Positions 51,714 through 63,789 of a stretch of 64,000 nucleotides of DNA are shown here, piece by piece (positions within the stretch are counted from its first letter, which is position 1; the number at the start of each line of letters is the position of its first letter). The stretch is taken from assembly GCF_009914755.1 (NCBI RefSeq), contig NC_060938.1; one strand, 5' to 3'. The position numbers and the translations under genes are program-made. The notes under the pieces were generated by a model, which saw only the letters and a program-made list of their open reading frames with translations, searched no databases and was not told the origin of the DNA. The DNA comes from the human T2T-CHM13v2.0 reference genome, Homo sapiens.

Positions 51714-54700
51714 TGAACATGTGGGCAGGCATGACAAGCATCAGGTCCCAGAGCCATCGTTTCATCTCCATAAACTATTTACTCTGGCCTTTTCCTTTCC
51801 TTTCTCTCCATTTTTTGTATGACAGAGTGTTAATCACTTTTCATGTGCCAGCTCATTCATTCATTCATTTATTCAATAAACATTAAGCACTTTTTAGGGC
51901 CTTCCTTAGGGAGGCTCACCATCTACTGCATGGGACCAACCTATGAACAAATAATTGTGAAATCATGTGGTGAGTGCTATATAGAGGAATAAAAATGACC
52001 TGTGGGAACCTGGAGGATTTCTATAAGATGTCACAAAGGAGACATCTTTGAATTGATTCATCTTTGAATCCCCAGTACCAAAAATAAAGTAAATATTTGC
52101 TGAATAAAAAACATAATTATTCTTTGACACTTGGTTCTCAGAATCTTCCTGATGAGAATGAAACTGTTCTGTTGCTCTATAGAAGCACTCAACAAGAAAT
52201 AGAACAGCTCTTTCCAGAACAGACCAGGCAGGTGAAGAACAGATAATCTCCTCCTCACCCTCCAAAAAAAAGTTTCTTCATCCATTCCATTTAAAGATTC
52301 TGTAAAATCATCTATTGTTGTGTTTGATCATCCCTATAGTAAGTAAGAATATCCATATAAAAGAGATTTCTCTCCTATTGGAATTTGAATTCATTTCTCA
52401 TTTTAAAATCTACTAAGATACAAAAATAAGAAATGTTATAAAGATTTGTTGGCTTACAAAGATGGCTGTAAGTACTTAACATATGTGAGTTTCTTTCTTT
52501 TCCTTGGTTAACATAACAATCTGGTCAAAAAAATAACTTGGTTAGAAATAAAATCTAGAAACAATTTTTGCCTATATTCCAGAATGGGAAGGGGGTGTGT
52601 ACTTTTAATTTTAGCCATTTGTTTTTATTCTAAGCAGCCTGTAATAACAGTAAGTTAGAAAATATAGCTGTTCAACAGTAGGGAACTGATTAAAGAAATT
52701 ATAAGTTACAAAATAGTATGTATAACATACACAGAAATTATAAAATATAAACTGATATTCAAATTGAATTTTCTAACACTGAATAGCAAAATGTTTTATT
52801 TCATGAAAAAACAGGTTTAATTCACTAAAGATAAATCAGAAAGTTTTTTCAAAATATCAGAACATTTTCCTTTGTTTTGCTATTTAGGAGTTTATTTTAT
52901 TTAATACAAAAAACAATGCATACTCATTTCTATAATTTACAAGGGAATTAAAAAATGTAACAATAAGCCATAACTATGCATATCAGAAATAACCAGTTAA
53001 CAAATTAGTAGATATCATTTTTCATGTATATATTTGGTTTTATAAAAATGGAATCATATCAAAAATACTGTTTTATAACCCTCCAAAAATTATATGTCCC
53101 CCCAACCATGCTAGCTTGATGACATAGTTAATACAGTATGTTTATCCTCAAGAAAGAGGTTTAAGGTACACTGGAGATCAATACAGAGTAAAGCCACAGT
53201 GGAGGAAGCTGGTGAAGTCCTGGACTCCTGTAACACATTAAGGAATCATCCTGAAGTTTGAGTCCTGAGTCCTGTTCTGCAGCAAATATGCTAGGAACAA
53301 ACGCTCAGTCCTTCTGAGCCTCCATTTCCTTGCCCATAACATGAGGATAATCATGCTTGTCTCTCACAAATGTTCTAACAAATGAGATCACCTTCTTAAT
53401 GACCTTTGAGTTGTGGAAAAAAATAGCATCGTAGTATTTTTTTATGTTGCAGCCTGCTCATTATTGGTATTATGATTATTATTATATTACCCAGCTTCGA
53501 ATTTTAAGCTCTCCTTTTTAGGATATTTTAGCTTATTAGCCCTATGACACTTTTATCACTAGTGGATCTTGTTGTTATTGTTTAAGAGCATATTGCTTTT
53601 AACTTACTTGAATAAACGTTCTCAATTCTTTTTTATGGACTTTTTTTTTTTTTTTTTGGTAAATTCTTACATGGAGAGTATGCTACTAGGGAGTAGGGGC
53701 TGGATTTGACATTGTCTCAGTATTTCCTGCACCATCTGTCTGCTGCCCTCCCAGACCTGCACCATCAGGATTTCTGCAATGCCCATGCCTACATGAATCC
53801 TGGGTGTGTGGGGGACACTGTTGTCCCACACCAGCCTCCCTTTGTAGAAGAATGGGAGGTGCAGGCCACTGAGACTCTTGTGGGTAGTTATTCAGATGGG
53901 AACTGCCAATGCTGGGAAGTGAATCTTGCAGCCAGGAAAGATTGATGCAGCCAGGAACCCCTTGCTGAAGGTTACCTCAGGCCATTTCATCAGTAACCTC
54001 TGCTGAACTGTAACGCAAGCACTGGGAAAAGGCCAAAAATTAACACGAAGCCACCCTATCTCCAGCCTTCACCTCAGCCTTTATAATGTCCAGGCCTCAG
54101 ATCCCACAAGCATGGGATCCCTTTATCTAAAGCGTGGCCATTTCCTTCCTTACTCATTTAAGCCTCATTCTCTTTACCAAATACCACGAAACCTACTCAG
54201 GGTACAATCAGGATAATCTAAAATATAGGTACTAGTCTGCTGATGACACATAGGATTTTTCTAAACTAAGTAAGATTTATTTTTCCTCTTCTAACTGTTT
54301 CTTTTTCTTCTAGTTCCAATTTTAATTCTTCTTCAAAATCTTCTTTTTTTAAATTCTCCATGAATTCCTGTTTCACAAAATGAACTCAAGTCATTTGTCA
54401 CTTGTACTAAGAAAAAAGTATAGAAACAATGCCCAGCTTCCCTTGGGAATTCATGGTCAGCACTGAGGAGGTGGGGGTCTTTCATAGGCATGTCAGGATT
54501 TCTGTCCCTCAGGACAGACAGGCCTGGCCCTCAGTGCCCCTTCTCCCCACTCACAACCATTCAGGACCAGCAGAGACCCAAGCTTTGAAAATAACCAGCG
54601 AGAAAACAGGTGTCTTCCGGAGAGCCCAGTGCTTCCCAGATGGGAGAAGCGATTAAAGGGACAGGAAGTGTGACCGCTCCTCAGCAAAGCCAGGCACAGG

Positions 54701-55610
54701 CTGAGAAATGTGCTTTTCTTATGAAAGTGCCAAGGTCATTATTAAATGGATGGAAACTATTGTTCATGAAAGGCACTTGTATAGACAGGAAACTCTCTTT
54801 ACGGCCTAGTTTAAATTTATCTCAAAACAAAGTGTTGTCAATGAAGAGCTGGACTGCTTCCCTACCACGCTTTAACCACACATGAACACCACATAAATCT
54901 CCCAGGCCCTATTCCAGGTGCTCCCCAAGTGGCAGCTGATGTCTGCTCCCCACCTTTCCCTCTGTGTGCCTCGGTACTCCAGAGACCCCATTTCAAAATA
55001 CCCAAAAGTAAAAAGCATCCCCACTTTAGAAACTAGCCCCTAATTCATCACCATAAAGTTTTAGAAACGATGGCAAAAAACAAAATTACTAAATGTATTT
55101 TTCCTCTAGAGTTCTGTGAGGGTCCAACCCATTTTAAAACAACATTTTCCAGTCACCTTCCTGCCTTCTCCTTTTCCAGAATGGATTCTTGATCATACTG
55201 ACCTCAGCACCTCAGGCTGGCAGGAAAGCTGCCTAGATTCCCTGGGGCACGTCAGAGCCTGGTGCAGGAAGCCACATAAGGTCTTGCTGTGTAACTCCTG
55301 GCCTGGTCTGGGTTACTCACACTCCCTCTTAAGTAAATTGCATGTTACAGAACCTGGTCCCAGAGTGTGGGAACCACAGTGACTGACACCCCCGACCCCT
55401 GGGTCAGGTGGAAGTTTCCTAGTGTGAGAAGCAGAAAGAGGCTAGAGTTTGTGTTTTTAAAAGGCCAAAAAGAGACAATGAAATCCCAAAGATGGCAAAG
55501 TGGTTCTAGTGTCAAAACTCAGGATTTTAGGCATCATCTGGCATTTATGGCCTCCATATACCAGGAAGATTTAAGTGTGCTCCCACCTATAGGCTGGAGT
55601 TGTACTGGCT

Positions 55611-55786
55611 CAGAGGTTCCCCAAACCAGCTACCCCTCAGAACCCACTGGGCTACTTTTCATGAAACATCAGTTCCTAGGTCCTCAGAATGAGTAAATCA
55701 GAATTTCCAGGAATGGGGCATGGAATCTGAATTTTTCCAAGCTCCCTGGAGGAGCCTAGTTGCAGAGCCAGGTTTGGAAAGGCTGC
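55611..55786. mobile_element. MER5-family MITE
   Basis: CAGAGGTTCCCCAAACC...AATCAGAATTTCCAGG..TGGGGC..GGAATCTG..TTTT..AAGCTCCC...GCCAGGTTTGGAAAGGCTG. Confidence 0.75.
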
Positions 55787-57866
55787 CCTAGATCACCTTC
55801 CATGTACTCTTCCACAATCCTAGAGACCTATATGAGTTATTGAGTTTCATACAGTCTGCCTACATGCTCCGAGACATACACGCTAAAATGCACTTCCTTG
55901 AGAATAAATAAGAAAAAGAAAATCATAAAACAGAAACACAAATTCATTCCCAATGTAAGTAAAGACATTACAGCCCTGGCCTCTACTTCTGGCCAAGATG
56001 ACTCTTCCCCCAGCTCAGAGTATACCATGTTGAACGGAGAGGGAGAAAGGCAGTTTGCTGCAAGATCGATGCTGGAAGTGGATTCTACTCCATAGACCTG
56101 TGCCACAAATGTGCACCCTCTTCCCCATGAGCCACTGTAGACATGGGTGCCCCATATAACTCCTGATTGAGTCTGCCCTGTCACTTCCCTCAGTCCATGA
56201 GTAGAAGATCTACATGCTCAGTGCATACACACATGCTGTGCTCAACCCCAAGGGCTAACTTCCTCAGAACAAACTCCCCTAGTGGAACTAGCTCTGACTT
56301 TAATCCAAACCCATGTGGTTCTGCCACAGCACCCTGACTTCGACCCAAATTCAGCACCATTTAGGATCCAAGGGGCCAGCTCAATTTATACTTTAATGAG
56401 ATTCATATGGTTTGTGACCAAAGAAGATGAGGAATTGTATCCTTTTTCAAATTGAACTCTAGCTAAAGTCCCTTTCTCAGGCCCTCCTACAAAAAGTTCA
56501 CCAAAAAAACACCAAATGCTCTAAATAATAAAAGTTACCAAAATAGAAGATACAGAAGTCCATTTCCCATTCTTCCAAGAGCCTACTCTAACCCAATATA
56601 CGCATATTTGTATACTTAAGGTAGATTTACAAAAGATGTGAGACCAAAAGAATTATTCTATGTCCCATCCTTAAAAAAGAAATAGAAGATATGACAATGA
56701 AAAAAAATCACATTATCCATCTTGAGCGATATAAATCAATATCCATCTACACCACTGATTTTAACACTTAACCAAAGAAAAACAGTAATAACAGTAATCA
56801 CCTGACCTTGGATGGTCCTATTGTTTTGTTCTGTGATAGCAACTTAAGAAACAAATTATTTAATAGGCACCTGGCTCATTATGCATTACAAATTAAATCT
56901 TCATTTATCTATATGCTCCAAATAGTACCTATCCATCGCCATCACTTAAAAACACATTGCCCTTCTTTCTAGCCTTGTTAATTTCCAGATGCTAATTAAA
57001 TTTAAACTCATAAAAATACCTGTTTAGCATGCATGGTGAGATCATCCTTCAATATCCATTACTCACTGTACATTCCAGCATGTTTACCCACTGTTTTCTG
57101 TTTGTATTCTCATCTATGTGCCTTAGTTTCAAGGGACAGACTGGGGATTTAACCTGGAATTCAGTATCTCTCCCATTTTGATTCCACCCATGTTGTCCCC
57201 TCTGCTTGATGCCTTTGTAAGCAACTTTCTTTCAAATTATTGCTGAGAAGAATGACTTCCAGATAATAGCACTTAAATATGGAACAGTAGGATGATAAAG
57301 GAATCCTGGAAGAGAGCTATCTTTCAGCCCCTTTTCACCAGGCCGTTACACAAAAAGAGAAGACCTTCGATCTCTAGAGATCCACGGTAACTTATTTATT
57401 GCCATAAGAAGGCTGACAGACAGTCTGAAAGCCACGCAGATAATGAATGGCATTGCTCAGGACCAGCACCTAACATAAAGCACACCGCCATCCCACATGG
57501 GTATTCCAAAGGCCTGGGAGAAGACTCAAAGAATCACCCAGCAGGAAAATTACATTCTCATTCTGTTTTCTCACTAGCACAAGTCCTCACAAGTGGACAA
57601 ATAGCAATAAAAAGAAAGAAGAGCCCCGCCTTGAGACTGCCGTGTTGGGCTCAGCCCTCTGCCTCTGCACGAGGTGGCTCTCCTCTGGCCAGCCTTTCTC
57701 AGCTGAAGAGGTGCTCCTCTCTCAAGAACTTACACTGGGACTTCAGATGCATTTCACCCACATAGGGAGGTCCAAGCTGCCATGCCCATTTTAACAGAGA
57801 AAGGCAGTGTACCACCACACATACAATCACTCTCTACAGCAGTGTACAAGCACGAAAACAGGCATG

Positions 57867-58186
57867 GGCTAGGCACGGTGGCTCACGTCTATAATCCCAG
57901 CACTTTGGAAGGCCAAGGTGGAAGGATGGCTTGAGCCCAGGAGTTCAAGATCAGCCTAGACAACATAGCGAGACCCCATCTCTACAAAAATAAAATAAAA
58001 TAAAATAAAATAAAATACCCAGTCATGTTGTTGCATACCTGTAGTCCTAGCTACTCTAGAGGTTGAGGCAAGAGGATCTCCTGAGCCCAGGAGTTCGAGG
58101 CTACAGTGAGCTATGATCATGCCACTGCTCTCCAGCCTGGGCAACAGAGCAAGACCCTGTCTCTTTAAAAAAAAATTAACTTAAAT
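57867..58186 (+). mobile_element. Alu (AluJ-type) with a (TAAAA)n linker
   Basis: TGAGCCCAGGAGTTCGAGGCTACAGTGAGCTATGATC; TSD AAAACAGGC. Confidence 0.95.
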
Positions 58187-58304
58187 AAAAACAGGCTATG
58201 ATATGCACTGCACATCCTTTGAACCCAACAAAAGGCAGAAGTAAGCATTTGAACTACAGTGCCTCTGTGACAGAGGCATCCCTACCCCTTCAGCCTTTAT
58301 TATG

Positions 58305-58502
58305 AAACTCAATAAACTTTTCTGTAAACAGCCAGATAGCAAATATTTTAGACTTTGTGGGCTACATTAAATCTGTCAAATCTTCTTTTTCTTCGTGTTT
58401 TTAAACCTTTTTAAAAGGTATAAATAATTCTTAGCTGGCAGGCCATTATAAAAACAGGCCACAGGCCCAATTTGGCCTATGAGCTACGCAGTTTGACAAC
58501 CT
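58305..58502. mobile_element. MER58-family (short, MER58C-like)
   Basis: AAACTTTTCTGTAAACAGCCAGATAGCAAATATTTTAGACTTTGTGGG...ATTTGGCC...CAGTTTGACAACC. Confidence 0.8.
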
Positions 58503-58569
58503 CATCTTATTTTAAAATACAAAGTACAAATTGTTTGAGTTTCCCAAACTCATGAAATACAGCCATCAG

Positions 58570-58711
58570 GCCCGGCTAATTTTTTGTATTTTTAGTAGAG
58601 ACGGGGTTTCACTGTGTTAGCCAGGATGGTCTCGATCTCCTGACCTCATGATCCGCCCACCTTGGCCTCCCAAAGTGCTGGGATTACAGGCATGAGCCAC
58701 CGTGCCTGGCC
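58570..58711 (-). mobile_element. AluY-type left arm plus linker only
   Basis: TGTGTTAGCCAGGATGGTCTCGATCTCCTGACCTC; right arm and tail are absent. Confidence 0.92.
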
Positions 58712-59090
58712 AAGAAAGAGAAAACTTTTAAAGCAGCCACAGAAAAAAGATGCATTACATACAAGAGAACAACAATAAAGATTATAATTGATTTATCATC
58801 AAAAACAATGCAAGCCAGAAGACAACGGGTTCACATCTTTATAAAGCACTCAAAGAAAAACTATAAACCCAGAATTCCATATCCAACGAAATATTCTTCC
58901 AAAATGAAGGAAAAAATCAAGACATTTTCAGATTTTAGAGAATTGGGACCCAGCATACTTGAGCTGCATTTAGAAATATTAAACATTCTCCAGAATGAAA
59001 GGAAATAATACTAGATTGAAATTCAGTTCTGCATAAACAAATGAAACATTCTATAAGTGATAAATACATGGGTGAGTATAGCAGCATTTT
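58712..59090 (+). mobile_element. Ancient L1M ORF1 3' fragment
   Basis: AAAAGCAGCCACAGAAAA...ACAATGCAAGCCAGAAGACAA...CCCAGAATTCCATATCCA; translates MQARRQ...PRIPYP...IKTFSD as in L1 ORF1p. Confidence 0.85.
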
Positions 59091-59104
59091 TCCTTATTTT
59101 TCTG

Positions 59105-59365
<261 letters not shown>

Positions 59366-59384
59366 TAAAAGACAATTAGCTGGT

Positions 59385-59930
59385 CCATCAAAAGATAAAT
59401 GGATAAATAAAATTAACCATTTCACCCTTTTAAGGTGAAATAATATTTCCTTTAAATTAAATTCCTTTAAAAAGGAATAAAGTTCTCATACATACTACAA
59501 CTTGGATGAACCTTAAAGACATCATTCTAAGTGAAATAGACAATGGTGATGGTTTCACAACACTGTGAATGTAATTAATGCCACTGAAATGTACGCTTAA
59601 AAATAGTTAAAATGGCCCAGGCATGTGGCTCATGCCTGTAATCTCAGCACTTTGGGAGGCTGAGGTGGGCAGATCACCTAAAGTCATGAGTTCGAGACTA
59701 GCCTGCCCAACATGGTGAAACCCCCTCTCTACTAAAAATACAAAAATTAGCCAGCATGGTGGCGCACACCTGTAATTCCAGCTACTCAGGAGGCTGAGGC
59801 AGGAGAATTGCTTGAATCTGGGAGGCAGAGGTTGCAGTGAGCCAAGATCGCACTCCAACCTGGGAGACGGAGCAAGACTCCATCTCAAAAACAAAAAAAA
59901 ATAGTTAAAATGGAAAATTTTGTTATATAT
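59385..59930 (+). mobile_element. L1MB-type 3' UTR fragments around an Alu
   Basis: CATACTACAACTTGGATGAACCTT...GGTGATGGTTTCACAACACTGTGAATGTAATTAATGCCACTGAA...TTAAAAATAGTTAAAATGG. Confidence 0.8.
59614..59897 (+). mobile_element. Alu (AluSx-like)
   Basis: Both arms; TSD AAAATAGTTAAAAT. Confidence 0.96.
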
Positions 59931-60265
59931 ACAATTACTTGTCACTTAACTATAAGAATACATTCTGAGAAATATGTCACTAGGCAATTTTGTCATTGTA
60001 CAAACATCATAGAGTGTACCTACACTAACCTAGATGGTATAATCTACTACACACCTAGGCTATATGGTGTAGCCTATTGCTCCTAGGCTATAAACCCATA
60101 CAGCATGTTACTGTACTGAATACTGCAGACAATAATAACACAATGGTAGGTATTTGTGTATCTAAACATAGAAAATAAATTTTTCAGGCCAGTATAATCT
60201 TATGGGACCACCATTGTCTGTGTGGTCTGTCACTGATCAAAACATCATTATGTGGCACATGACTG
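59930..60265 (-). mobile_element. Tigger3-family (TcMar) short element
   Basis: ACATTCTGAGAAAT...CATCATAGAGTGTAC...CACCTAGGCTATATGG...TATAATCTTATGGGACCACC...CACATGACTG with TA flanks. Confidence 0.9.
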
Positions 60266-60267
60266 TA

Positions 60268-60863
60268 CTTTGAACTGAAGAAGATTGGAAGCACCTCAGA
60301 AGCAAGGTCTTTCTGACCTTCTCATGTCTTCCTGTCTGCCAACCCTCTTTCTCCCCTGAAAGCAAATCATAGAACTAGAATTTATTTTCCCCAAGGCAGG
60401 TCATAGAAACCAGAATTCCTCTTCCCCAAAGTAAGCCATAAAACCTAGAAAGGTCGCTCTCTCTTTCCTCCCTTCTCCCCTGAAGACTCTCATTCCAGAG
60501 GGATCCTGTCCCATACCAGGTAGGAGGGGAAGAATGCTACACAGAGAGGCCAAAAGAATCCGAGCAGACAGGCTTTGCTGGGTTTCCCCTTTAGTCTATT
60601 ACCATTAGATCATACCCTTTTGTCCAATCACATTTCTACATGGCTGTCCATTCTTCATCGAAGCTAAGCATAAATGTAACCTAAGCATAACACTTTTCCC
60701 TAGGTATTTGGGTCTTCATTTCTGACGGGTCCTGAGACACACAAAACTTTGATTAAATAAATTTGTAATGCTTCTTTCTTGCTAACCTGCCTTTTGTTAT
60801 CAGAGTGTTGGCTATGTCCCTTATGATGGATGAGGAAAGATATCACACCTTTCTACCCCTGCA
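60268..60863 (+). mobile_element. MER34/MER39-family ERV1 solo LTR, 5' end missing
   Basis: TCTGACCTTCTC, GGTCATAGAAACCAGAA, CAGAGAGGCCAAAAGAATC..ACAGGC.TTGCTGGGTTTCCCC, TTAAATAAATTTGT, ends CCCCTGCA. Confidence 0.75.
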
Positions 60864-61020
60864 GCAGTTTGAGTTGGGTTTTCTGTCCCTGGCAACCAAA
60901 AGGATTCTAAATGATTCATTCCTGTGGGAAGGGGTCTTGTAACCTAGAGAGCAGATACACTTGCAAGTTACATTTGTAGAGGGGCAGCCACTATTAGCAA
61001 GAGAAGTTTATTGCTTAAAT

Positions 61021-61345
61021 CAGGAGTCAGAAAACTTTTAATGAAAAGGGCCAGAGAGTAAATATTTTAGACTTTGTGGGCTACATGGCCTCTGTTGCAA
61101 ATATTCAACTGTGCTACAATACAAAAGTAGCCATAGACAACATGTAAAAGAATGAGTGTGGCTGTGGTCCAATCAAACTATGGACACAAATTTGAGTTTT
61201 GTGTAATTTTCACATGCCACTTATCTTTCTTCTTTTGATTTTTTTAAACCATTTTAAAATGTTAAGCCCATTCTTCAGTCATGAGCTGTACAAAAACAAG
61301 CAGTGAATGGGAGTTTCCCCACAGGCTGAGTTTGCCAACCTCTGG
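61021..61345. mobile_element. MER58B
   Basis: CAGGAGTCAGAAAACTTTT...GGGCCAGAGAGTAAATATTTTAGACTTTGTGGG...AGTTTGCCAACCTCTG. Confidence 0.9.
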
Positions 61346-62025
61346 CTTAGATCCTCGTCTCTGGGTGAAGTGATGATCCTCTATTGCCTTCCCAGGGCAG
61401 GAAAGATAACAGGTCTCCCTGGCTACAATTACAAGGAGGGCAAACAAAGTGGATGGGACTTTCCAGCTTAGTTCTGAGACTAACTATGATTGGATGAGAA
61501 AACAGTCCAGTGGAAAGAGTAAAAAATAAAACAAATGCTCTGCCCTTCTTCTGAACTGCAGGTGTGTTTGGGATAAGCTACGAGAAGGATTATGTTTTCT
61601 GAAAACAGATTCTTCCTGCCATGCCCATCCCGACACTGCAGGGCTTAGAGATAAGATTCTAATTATTTCTCACTCCTAAATATTCTTGCAAAATGAGATC
61701 CGTAAAGGTATCATTCCAATCTCTCCACTGCATCAAGACATTGAAGGGAAAGACCTTCTTGGCTAGTAGGCAACAGAAACCCTGAAATGGTGGGACAGCC
61801 TTCAAACATAAGGAGAAAAGAAAGCCTTAAAGTAGATGAAAAATGGAGACATATATTCCTTTCCTCCTTAGAATTAGACTATGCGTCACCAAGAAGGAAA
61901 ACCATCACCTAACACATGTTCTGCTGCAGCAGTCAGGGGTCTTACGGGGATGCAGAACTTTTTGACTTGATCAGAAATAGAAAAGAAACTGGGGGAGGAA
62001 CAAAGACAGCACATTTCAAAAACGA

Positions 62026-62150
62026 AGAGTTGCCAGATTTAGAAAATAGAAAAGCACCCAGTTAAATATGAATTTCAGATAAACAATAAATGATGTTTTA
62101 GTATAAGTATGTCCCAAATATTATATCCTGTGCTCTATCTGGCAACCCTA
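62026..62150. mobile_element. MER53 MITE with an internal deletion
   Basis: Terminal inverted repeats GTTGCCAGAT / ATCTGGCAAC; CCCAGTTAAATATGAATTTCAGATAAACAA...TAGTATAAGTATGTCCC. Confidence 0.9.
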
Positions 62151-62448
62151 CAGGCTGTGGTGAGGGAAGGAGCTGAGGTCTCCCAGCTCTGTCTGCAAAG
62201 AGGAAAGTGGGACGTTGGGAAGGAGATGGTTGCCCAGAGCTTCTGGGTACTCATCAGGCATCACTTTTTTGTTCTGATTTCTTACACTGAAGGGTAGCAC
62301 TTTTCTACCCTTCATGTAAAATAAATATTTGCCAATTGGTAAAGGCACCATGTTACTGTGAGGCTTTCGTACCATGAAAGCCTTAGATTTCATGTGGGTA
62401 AAATTCTGTGGCCCCCAATGCCTTAGAAGAGCATGGATTACAGGTGTG

Positions 62449-62607
62449 AGCCAGGCACGGCAGCTCGTGCCTGTAGTCCCAGTGCTTTCAGAGGCCAAGT
62501 AGGGAGGATCACTTGAAGCCATGAGTTTAAGGTTGCAGTGAGCTAGGACTGCGCCCCTGCACTCCAGCCTAGGTGACGGGCCAAGACCCTGTCTCAAAAA
62601 AAAAAAA
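62449..62607 (+). mobile_element. Alu monomer (FRAM-like or left/right-arm recombinant AluJ)
   Basis: Left-arm-like start, right-arm end GACCCTGTCTC plus A12, no linker. Confidence 0.85.
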
Positions 62608-63789
62608 CATGGAAGATAAGGCTGTGGCAATAAACTTCCCTCTGTCTTTGTCTTTCCCTCCTCTCCCCTTGCCTGTATCCCTTTCTTCCTTCCCTCCTTC
62701 CTCCTCTCTATTTCAAACTCTATGTCTTTCTGCATTTTAGTTACAGTCTTACCTAGTTTCTGCTTAAATCCCTTATCATATAAAGACTTAGGGAACCTCA
62801 AAAATGAGCTACTTAAATGGGTAAATTCCTTTTAGTTCCCCCACAGACTTCCAAAACAACACTGATTCTTCCATTGACTGAAATAAAGATCTCCTTTCCT
62901 CCAGCTCTGAACTAGCAATTCCCAAACTATAAATGTTCAATTACTTCCCAGACAGCAAATGCACAGTTTGCCTCCTCCATGCTATATATTTTCTGTGGTT
63001 AGCATTATTGTTTGCTAAATACACTCAGACACTCTATTTACCTCTGGCCACAACTCTGAGACCTTTATGTGGCTTCCAACCCTCTAGGAGCAGCTCAGAT
63101 AAATCACTGCTCAGCCATTTAGCACACAAAGAGGAGAAGATTTCAATTTTCCAAATAGGGCCATTTGTTTAATTTATTTGGCTGCTGGGGAATTGTGGAA
63201 ATGATGCTAATGTAGACTGGGAAAGAATACCACAAAGCCCTTCAGGTTTCATCTCACCTCTGATGGGACAGTCCAAATATTCTTACCAGTATCTCTTTGA
63301 AAATTCAGCAAGCTTCTATTCCTTCAACTGGGTGGTGAGTTCATCAGTGTGTCCGTTGTATTGTTATTCTGTATGCCTTACACTGAAATTATAAATATCC
63401 TTGGCATCTATTCATATTTTAATAAAAAAAATTTAATGCAAACTCCATGTATCCCCACCCCCTAAGAAAGAAGTAAAATGCCTTGACCTTTATCCCAACT
63501 GGCAAAGCTATCACTTTGCAGAAAGTAAGTCAGAGAGTAGATTCTTCACAGGTGGTTACATTTATTGCACATCTAAAAGACAAATTGTTGCACTACATAA
63601 TTGGAAACCTGAGTTCCAATCCCAGCTTTGCCCATATATAAGGCCATCATTAGTCAATAAATTCCTCAAAAATAGGGATCATATCCTACTGTCCACTGTT
63701 TCCCTCTAGTTAATTCTTACAAATAAATTATACATGATCTATTTGCCTAAAATATATAATATTATAGAGATAGATGAAGTTCCCCCTTG

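Noticed and set aside
53641-53700. T17 as the tail of a processed pseudogene
   Set aside because: There is no poly(A) signal at the proper distance on the minus strand, no TSD found and no recognisable parent mRNA.
55837-56184. SWGRGC motif suggesting a serine-protease C-terminus
   Set aside because: There is no GDSGGP or PGVY at the right spacing, and it lies upstream of the kringle-like motif, the wrong order for a kringle protease. Likely chance.
56350-56370. REST/RE1 site
   Set aside because: Only the left half TTCAGCACC is present; the GGACAG half is absent.
57369-57382. Perfect 14-bp palindrome GATCTCTAGAGATC
   Set aside because: A few palindromes of this length are expected by chance in 64 kb.
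58808-59008. 66-aa ORF
   Set aside because: It is a decayed L1 ORF1 remnant, already covered as a repeat.
61455-61464. Canonical NF-kB site GGGACTTTCC, plus scattered AP-1, E-box and NR5A motifs elsewhere
   Set aside because: Isolated short motifs without supporting context cannot be told from chance.
62148-62801. 217-aa minus-strand ORF
   Set aside because: It is a chance read-through of a CT-rich tract, an Alu monomer and unique DNA, with no recognisable protein.
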